Assembly (NCBI GenBank): GCA_905178155.1
Contig: CAJINV010000005.1
Span: forward strand, 3,044,833-3,108,832
Source: Amoebophrya sp. A120
Taxonomy: Eukaryota > Protista > Dinoflagellata
Length of the DNA: 64,000 bases
Direction: 5' to 3'
Each line of letters opens with the position of its first letter. Positions within the stretch are counted from its first letter, which is position 1. The notes beneath the pieces are model-generated. The model did no database searches. It was not told the DNA's origin and worked only from the letters and a program-made list of their open reading frames with translations. Shown in pieces: positions 53,701-62,700 of the stretch. The translations under genes and the position numbers were made by a program.

Positions 53701-56700
53701 CCGGAGGTGGTGCCCTTCGGCCGGGAGGAGTACAGGATCCAGGAAAAACCGATGAAATTGGACCTGCCGAAAATTGCGGTCGAGAAGCAAGTGCTGCCCA
53801 AGTTCTGCAGGGCAGCGAACGGTATTTACGTATGCTGAAAACAAATAGGATCATTATTTTTTTATGCTGAAAACAAATAGGATCATCAATGACTGTGTCC
53901 TCTAGTGAAGATAAAAAGTTCTATTACAATTGCTTTTAGCGAACACTACTTTTACCAAAGCAGACTCGTTCATTTCCCCCCGGTGCGAATCCGCCCCAAA
54001 CTGCGTCGAGGAGTCATGTGATTGCGATGAGGGGTACCGCGTCCGGAAGTGCCGGAAGTGCGTGCAGCCCCTCGGGGTCACCACCTTGCCCCACGAGGAT
54101 TTCGTCGCTGGCACCTGCGCCACCTGCCGCATCCCCGATCCTTCCGAGTGCGCGAAGTACAGCACGGATTACTGCGTCTACGTCGACGAAATGCCGAAGC
54201 TGACGCAGCAGCGGGCGATATCATTTGTAAAAACATTCTGCTAGACAAGTCAGGGAGTCAAGATGGGAAATCTGCTAGACAAATCAGCCAGCTTTGGCCG
54301 TTTGGCATGACAAGTTTGTCCTCGTAGTCTCATCCTATTTAGGCAGTTCAGCAGCATCACAGACCTAGCACATCATGCTGATCATAGCATCACAAATCCC
54401 AAAACATGACTAGAAAACGCCTCTCATGGCGCTCCGCATGGCAAACTTTTTTGGCATGCAGATCGGCAGGACAACTCTGGGATGGGGAGGTTTTTACTCA
54501 GAATAACCGAACCAGATGTTGGTGGACTTCCTGGGCGGTTTCTCCCAGCCCAGTACGCCGCAGTTCCGGTGTATGGGAGTGTCAGGATCGAAATCGACAA
54601 AGTCGAAATTATCTGTCATGCATAAAATCCTACACAGAAAGCGACTCTATTGCAGAGGATGCAAGGAAGGCGGATTGTAGTCGTGGTAGGGGCCAAGTGT
54701 TGGGCTGCTGACTAGCATGACAGAATGCAGCTCTTTTGCCCTAAACCGCATGACAGATTCGGTTCCAGGACGGGGAAAATTTGTCATGCGCCGACTAAAA
54801 ACTGTGGGTCTAATTGGCAACGAATTTGCGCATCACAAATTTTTCGATTTTGTCAATTTAGATTCTCTCACTTCCATACGGTGCACGCAGTGCGCGAACT
54901 TGGCGTTTACCTTGAAAAACGGGAAGTGCGAGTACGATTTGGAGAGGAAAACCGAGTTGACGGTGGGGAAGCTGGTATCTGGCGCGTGCAAATTGGATCC
55001 GAATTGCGCCGTGTTCCGCCCGAAGTGTGACGATGATGACTTCGAGTGGTGGCCGTGCAAGAGGTGCTCTCCGGAGTTCCCGGTTTTGAAAGAGGATGGA
55101 AGATGCAGGAAGGCAGGTAACAAAGGTCAACCTAGTTGTCCTCGTGTGGTTTTTTCGTTCTACTTTTGATGTTCTCCAAATGCGCTTTTATACATGGCAG
55201 AAACGAGAGGGATTCTACCCCTGATTTTTCCACCGTGTGACAAACTAAACGTCTCAGGTGTCCTCTACGAAGAGAAGTCTAAGTTTGATATTGCGGACAG
55301 CGGTTTCTACCCGCCTTCCTTCGTGGATTTTGGGAACGGCACGATCCTGCACACCTGCCAGCAACTCCCGCACAAAATGTCGATTTCCGGGGAGCTTCCC
55401 AATGTCTTGGACCCCTGGCCACCGACGAAGAAAACTAGTACAACGTCTTCCACTGCTGCAGCCGGTAAACAGAACAAGACAAACCTTCTGTTCGAGAATC
55501 ATGAAAGCGACAAGAACAATTTCGCAGCCAGCACGGAGTTGGAAGTCGACCAGGAGACGGGGCAGCTGCAAATCATGCTGGAGCAAACCCCGACTATTCA
55601 ACAGCAGAAGGAGCCGCCCCCGAAGTGCGGTCCCTTTTTGAAAACCTTGAATTTCACCGACATCCTGCATGCCCCCTTCGGCGTGGTGAAAATTTCTTTC
55701 CGGTTCTGGACGCTCTTCTGGGACCGCCCGAGCTTCATCTACGTGAAAATCAACGGGGAAAACGTGATCGCGCGGGAGAGCGGGAGGATTTGCGAGTTGT
55801 TTGACAACATGCACAGCTTCTACGACAGTTTGGGGAACGGATTTGAGTACTTGCTGGAAGACGCGCCGCAGGGGACCCTGGTGTGTTTCACCAATTTTAC
55901 CATCGGAGCGTTTTATCACTTAGAAGACGGGTACGAGAAGTTCAATTTCACGGACGTTATTGATTACAAGTACTTGCCGGCGAAAATACGACCAGGGGGA
56001 AAATCAAATGTGGCCAGTGCCGCGGGTGCTGGTTCTCAGGGAGGAAGCAACACTAGTACAACCGCGGGGGCAACTCCTGGAGGTGCTGCGGGTGCAGCTG
56101 GTGCAGCTGCTGCGAACGGGACGGCCTCCGCAACAACAGCTGCCACACCTGGGGCTCAAACAGCGTTGTTCGCTGCGGATTCCGCCTTGTTGGCCGCAAA
56201 AGGAAAAACAAAGGCAGCACAAGAAAAGACAAAAGCAAAACCCACACCACTGCAACAGGCGAAGGAAATCATGAAGGAGATGAAATTACCGCTATCCTCT
56301 GAGGAGAAGGCGAAAAAACAACTGAACTACCGCGCTCTGGCAGCGAAAGCGCTCGGGCTGCAACTCGAAGATACGATGGGGATGAACAAAGGGAAAAGTA
56401 ACAAAATATCGCTCACACAACTTAACGGTCGTTTGACGAAGCAACCGGGTGGAGCAGCCGCGCAGCTGAACACCAGTAATACAACCAGTAACGCAACTGA
56501 CAACAACGACACCAATCCGCTAAATCGCGACCTCGTGCAACTCGACCCAAGTTCCGGAAACGTAAAGATCGAGATCGGCGCGCAGAACCACACACTGCTG
56601 ATCGCTTTTGACCAGTTGAAGGTCACATTCGACCTGGATGAGCAGTTCGGTATTGAAGAAGACAACAAATACGACGCGAAAGAGCGAAAAGCAGCCGAGC

Positions 56701-59700
56701 CCCTGTTCCTGCCCGCACCGGAAAGATTTTACCCGGCTAGCTGGAACGCGACGCCGAAAGAATTCCGAGGGCCGTGCGCGCAGTCGCCCCATTGCGTGTC
56801 CATGACCCGGAACTGCGAGCCGATTTTGAACCTCTTCGAGTGCAATCAGTGCCTCGAGCCGGATTTCGGAATCGTGTTGGAAGCGCCGACGAACAAGACC
56901 GAGGGGCAGTGTGGTCTCTGCTTGCCTTATCCGAACCGGGATGAGTGCGACATTCAATCCAACAAGTTTTGCTTCATGGAGTTGAAATCAAAAGAAATAC
57001 CGGTGGATGAAAACTACAAGCAGATCGTTGACGACAGTACGTCCAGTCAAGTTCCCGTCAAGGGGGAAATCAAGGGAAACAACTTTTTCTCCTTTTCCGA
57101 CTACTTTCCGCAGACCATCCACGCCCTTTCCCAGTTCACGGGGATCGGGGACAACGACCAAAAATCAGTCCTCGTTTTCGAGAAAAAACCGTACTTCCAA
57201 TGCACGAAGTGCAAACTCGGGTTCAACCGAACGGCAGAAGGGAAGTGCGTGGCGGAGTCACCAGTGAAAAGAGCCCTCGTCATATTGTGAGGAAAAATCC
57301 CCCCTCCCCATATCGAAGCGGTATGATTCCAAAAAATTGTGTTGCTGATTTGAGCCCACAAATCACGTCTGTCTTGCAAGAGGACAAGTGCAGAGGCTTC
57401 CGCGCCATTATGGAAGCGATTTGGCATGCTGTTGGGCCTAGGGGACGCCCGTTTGTAATGCTAAACAACTAGACCTAGGCTGAGGATCTGGCTGCGATGC
57501 CTTACCGCAAGACAGCGCGCATTTGTGTACGGAAATTCCGCATCACAGCTTCCCGTTTTGATATGGGGAAGGGGGATTTTTCATTTTGATACGCCACCGT
57601 CGGGAAAATTGCCGGCGGGTTCTGTTCGCGCGACCCCGACTGCGAATTTTTCGGGAAAGAATGTAAAAGCGAGGACATCCAGTGGCCTTGCGAGATCTGT
57701 GGCTGTGAGAAACCGGTTTTCAACGAGAAGACAAAGCTTTGTGACAGGGATGGGGAACTCTATCGGGAGAGTAGAGAGGAAATTTTAGACGGGAAGGGGT
57801 GGAGCAGTCAATACAGCCTCGTCTTAACCAAACAGCAAGCGTCGATGGAAGAGAAATCCGACGGGGATTACTGGCCGGAAGTCCTGGAAGCGCTAAACAT
57901 TCCGCAAATTTCCAAAGAGCTCCCCGATTGGCCGCGGTTGGACGGTTTGGATTTGATTTTTCACGAGTCGTTCTGGGAGAAGGCCACGAAATTGAAGCAA
58001 AAAATTGACAAGTCGCTCGGCGGTGTGAACTTAGACGACCAGGTGGTGTTACACACCTGCGACGACATGAGCCGGCATTTGACCGGGCCGCTGTTGAACG
58101 CGACGGCGGAAGAGGAGGATGATGATGAAAACGCGGCCTTTTTGCAATTACAGGAGAGCAGGACAAGCACCAGAGATAGTTCTACAGGAAGTAAGGATGA
58201 GGAGAGCACTAAAGAATTGTTGTCACAGAAGATGAAAAAAATCCCCGCACCAACCACCGTGACCGCCAACCACGTCGGGCTGTCTCTCAAGGTCGATTTG
58301 AAACACGCAAATCTCCAAGACGCCGAGGCCGAAGCGAGCGGGTTGCTGCGGGAGAAGGAGACAACACAACTGCGGAAAAATAGAAAATATGATCCCAAAG
58401 CCGACCCGTCCCTGAACAACAACAACACCGGGGTCACACAGCCGGACAAAACGCGGCAGAGTCTCCAGGACCGCATCTCTCTCCACGAGGCGCTCGCGTA
58501 CAAGCCGCAGTGCGGGCCGGTCTCGAAGAATTTCAACTTCACGAAAAAAATGCGAGTGAACGCCCAGGTCACCGTCTCCCTCCGCTTCTGGGCGCTGTTC
58601 TGGGACAGGCCGTATCAAAATGAAAAATCCCCTCTCCCCATATCGAAAAGGAAATCTGTCATGCTGGATTTGCGTACACAAATCAGATTTGTCTTGCAGT
58701 AGAAGACTGCTCGCAGATCGCAAGCTCAGACGGGGGCCTTTTGGTGTAGGCACCTAGCATGGTAGACGGCTGCCCTGTAGTCCTTACAGCGTTACAAGTC
58801 GCCTGCTTAGTGTGGCAGAGAGCCTGTATGTGCCTCCTAGCAAGACAGACAGGATCTGTGGCCGCGAATCTGCATCACAAATTTTCAGAAGAGACGGCTT
58901 CAATATGGGGAGAGGGGATTTTTCCTTTTGATAGACCGGGTGAAGCGTTTATCAAGTTCAACAACGAGACCGTCGCGACCGACACGACCAACGGGTTTGC
59001 CTGCGGCCGGGGGCAGAAGCACATCTCGTCCTGGCAGCCGTACGTCGGCCGCTCGCCCGGGACGGGGATTTGTCTGATCACCATGCGTATCAACTGCAAA
59101 TATGTCTGGGTCTGGAAGAATCATGCTGCTTTTGCATGACACAGAAGGTCTGGCATGGACGCTCCAGCATCACAGGTTTCGAGAAGCGTTCGCAATGCCG
59201 AATCTGCATGACAAATCCCTGATTTTGGTGACAGAAAGTGGGCAACTTTTGCTGCCTATGCATGAGAGATTTTTCTGCGTTCTGAAATGCGCATCACAAG
59301 TTTCAACCTTCCAGACCCAGACATTATTGCAATCCATAATGCGGGCGAAAGTGAAGAAGCAAAATCATCAAGATTTCAGAATCACCGTCGGCTCGAAAAA
59401 CGTCTCCCAGCCGTTTGCGTTCGACGACGTGCGGATCGTGTACGACGCAGCGGACCCGGGAGAAGTGAACCCGCCCGAGTGCGCGCAATTCAACGACAGC
59501 AATTGGGCGGTCAACTTCACGCCGGCGGCGAACGGGTTCTACGGCCAAAAAGGATTGAACTACACGGAAACCGCCGACTACAAGATTACCGGGGAGGATG
59601 CAGACTTGCAGACCACTGTGGACGAAGAGTTTGACGAGTTTAAATCGCTGGAGAATTGGCTTCGGACGCCGGAGGGGCGAGCCTACCTGGGCACGACCGC

Positions 59701-62700
59701 GGACGGACTGGCGATCGCGCGGGCAATCAAAGCGAAGTACCACATTCTCGAGTCCCTCGCCTCCGCTGTAGAATCGGACATGATCAGCAACGAGACGGCG
59801 ATGAAAATCGAGCAAAAGTATCTAGAAGAGTTCTCCCTCCTGAAAGACCTACCGGAGGTGGTGAAAAAACTCGAGGAAAAAGCGAAGGAGGAAGACCTGA
59901 TCGCGCCCAAAATGTCGAAGGAGACTTACGAAGTGAACGTGAACCAAGAAGAAAACAAAATTCCGAACATTCCGGTATCGAACGTGCCGTTTCTGATCCG
60001 GAAAATCGTGCGAACTTTGCGAAAGATGAAAAACAAGGCAACGAATAGACACGTGGAAGACAACATCGTCGACGAAGCATTGGATACCTTGTACAACTCG
60101 GACGGTGGGATAGCAGCAGATGAAACCTCTTCAGATGCTGCCTACGCAGACGAAGAGAGTTCATCTTCCACCTCTTCTTTCGAAGGAACGGACGAATACG
60201 GGATGAACTATCCTTCTGTCGTCCGAGAAGCAAAACTACTGCCCGAGACGAGCATGACTGAACAACAGTTCGCTCTGACCGCGGAAAAGCGGCTGCAACT
60301 GGAAAACGAGCTAGCCCACCAGGAGGAACTGCGAAAGCAGGAATGGTTCTGGCCCTTCACTAGTAGTTCGAACAGTGCAGATGAAATCCCCCCGGACGAG
60401 ATCTTCACCAACGAAACAGTCACCTTCGACATGCCGCTCGGCCCCAAGACCACCCCGCCCTTTATCTCCACCGTCGCTTGGACGGACAGGCTGCCGGGGT
60501 ATCTCCCACCGGGGGGGGAGATCGTCGGGTACGAACCGGATGGCACCTGGTATCTGGATTTCCTCGGCGCGAAAAAGCACTGCGAGGAGTTGGAGTACTG
60601 TGGGGGGGTGATGTCGCATGGGCTCGGGTGGTATTGGACGTTAAAAACGGCGGAGCACCTAGCAAAGGACAGCCGGCCGATCGGCGGGAGTAAATCGCCC
60701 TTCTTCACCTATTTGATCCCGGGCCGGATCGTGCAGAACGGCGGTTACCAGCAGTGCCCCGAGGAGGAGCTCCGGAACTGCGTCTTGTCGAGCTGTCTGA
60801 AAAAGCAGTACAGCAACTGGCTCTACGACAACTTGTTTTTCTTCTTCCCTTCCGCCACGGAGCTCGCTGCCGCCGGCTACATCCCGCACCACACGAACGT
60901 GATCAAATCCATACCGTCTTTACCGGGTCGGCCGAATTTGACGATGCCGGGATTTACTATGCCGAATGTTAGCATGAGCATGCCGGGCATGCCCGGGTTT
61001 CCGGCAATGCCGAATGTCTCCCTGCCCGGCATGCCACTTCCCTCTGCCTCTTCGATGAATTTCACGAGTTACTTCCCGACGATCCGGTTACCCAACGGAA
61101 CCTACTGGAAGTCGAAGGTGCCAATCCCCGCGATCAGAATCAACAGCAGTTACTGGCTCAACGCGTACAACGCTTTTCCGAATGCAAGGCTAGGGAATGG
61201 GAGCAGCAATGGAAGTAATACTTCTGCATCATCATCAGCCTGGAGCTACTTGAGAGATTTTTTCGCGCAGAACAATCTGTCCGCCAAGGAGGTCGAGGAG
61301 CAAATGGGCATTGATATCAACAACCTGGCGAACAATGGGTCCGAAGCAGTAGCGGAAAATTTATCCTCCTTTGTTCTCCCCCCGCCGACGAATGATTCTG
61401 ATTTTTACAGCAATGAAAGTGCCGCTTTATTTCCTTTTGCGAATAACAACACCACTTTCACCGATTTTTACCCGCACCAGAATCAGGAGATTTTGGTGGA
61501 AGATTCTGCCACCGACGCCGACCTCATCCCGCCCCCGACCACGCAAAACTACTGTCGGCTGTGCGAACCGCACTACGGGCTGCTGCGGGACCCGGAGCAG
61601 CTCGCTCTGGTGGGACGCTGCGTCCCCTGCAACCCGGCGAACCCAGGGTGCAAAGTCCCGTCCGACCGCGAGTGCGTAACTGGGGTGAACAAAACGTTAC
61701 TCCAGTTAACGATGGTGAAGTACCAGTACAAGTGTTTGCAGTGCGAGTCTGGCTACCAGCTAGACCAGGACACGCAGCAGTGCAGGGTCTCCACCTCCTC
61801 GGAACTGATTATTTCCGATCCGGTTGGGAAGACGGGTCAGCAGCCGGTCGCCCATGATCTATGGCTGACCGGGTCAGAAGGAATCGCCCCGGCCGTCACG
61901 TTCATCGTGTGCCAAAAGGACCCCAACTGCCAACTGTTCGCAGACAACTGCAACAAGACGCGGCTGTGGCCGTGTTTGCAGTGCGGTCCGTCCGCGCCGG
62001 TGATGGACAACAAGCTGTGCCGGAAGAAAAAAAGCCTCCTCGACGAACGAGGGACGGAGTTAGTGGGTATCGGCTGGTCGAGCAACAGCACGGTCTACTC
62101 CGGGACCGCGAATTTGCGGACGTGTAAAAAAGTGGAGTATTACAACTACAAAAATTACAGCATTTCCAACTTCGAGGAAAGTATAATACCCAGCGGAGAT
62201 CTGATGTCGAATGCAAATTTCTCCATGGGCGGCGGTAACAGCAGCAGCAACGCAAGCAAGAAGTCCTCAACAAAAGACAGCGTCGCTGCTGTCACTCTTC
62301 CGCAGTTAGCGAGAGAATTGTTCCACCTCCGCCAGGACGACCCATCGGTGCCTAATTTGCTAAACCCGCAACCTGGCCTGGACATGCTCGGGAAACGGTG
62401 CGACGCGATCAAGAAAACCATGAACTTGGAGGAGCTGGGGCTGCACCGTTCCGGCTACATCAAAATCTCGGTCGAAGTGTGGACCCTGTTCTGGTCCCCG
62501 CACGACAGTCTGCAGGGCACGGCCTCGGTGAAAAGGGAAGAGCGGGTGTGGCTGAAGGCTAACGGGGTGGAGCTCGACGGGGTCACCATCAACGACGGCA
62601 ACTGCCGAAGGACGGACGTGGGGTTCTTAGGCACGACGGGGGAAAATTTCGATAGCGACGGAGACGATTTTTCGTCCTACGCTTCCGCGCTCAAGGACGC

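Noticed and set aside
4829-59338. Recurrent peptides in the ORF track (IKCKNVWVWK, YQMQKCLGLE, PDPDIFTFD, KNPPSPY, YGEGGFF) as a protein repeat family
   Set aside because: They are translations of the TIRs in different frames and strands, not conserved protein motifs.
1-59338. CRISPR array or REP-like prokaryotic repeats
   Set aside because: Repeats are paired inverted ends of 149-437 bp elements with TSDs, at irregular spacing, in an intron-containing eukaryotic gene. No cas genes are present.
2657-59338. Tc1/mariner-type TA target-site duplication
   Set aside because: Excision leaving a single TA generally does not restore the frame (e.g. #2). The TA belongs to the TIR and the real duplication is the 5 bp outside it.
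12249-59338. Dozens of separate genes, or a transposon-disrupted pseudogene
   Set aside because: All fragments join in one frame with no exonic stops or frameshifts, and protein repeats continue across junctions.
2657-59343. Rule that the TSD supplies a G or AG acceptor
   Set aside because: Nine TSDs contain no G and most lack AG.
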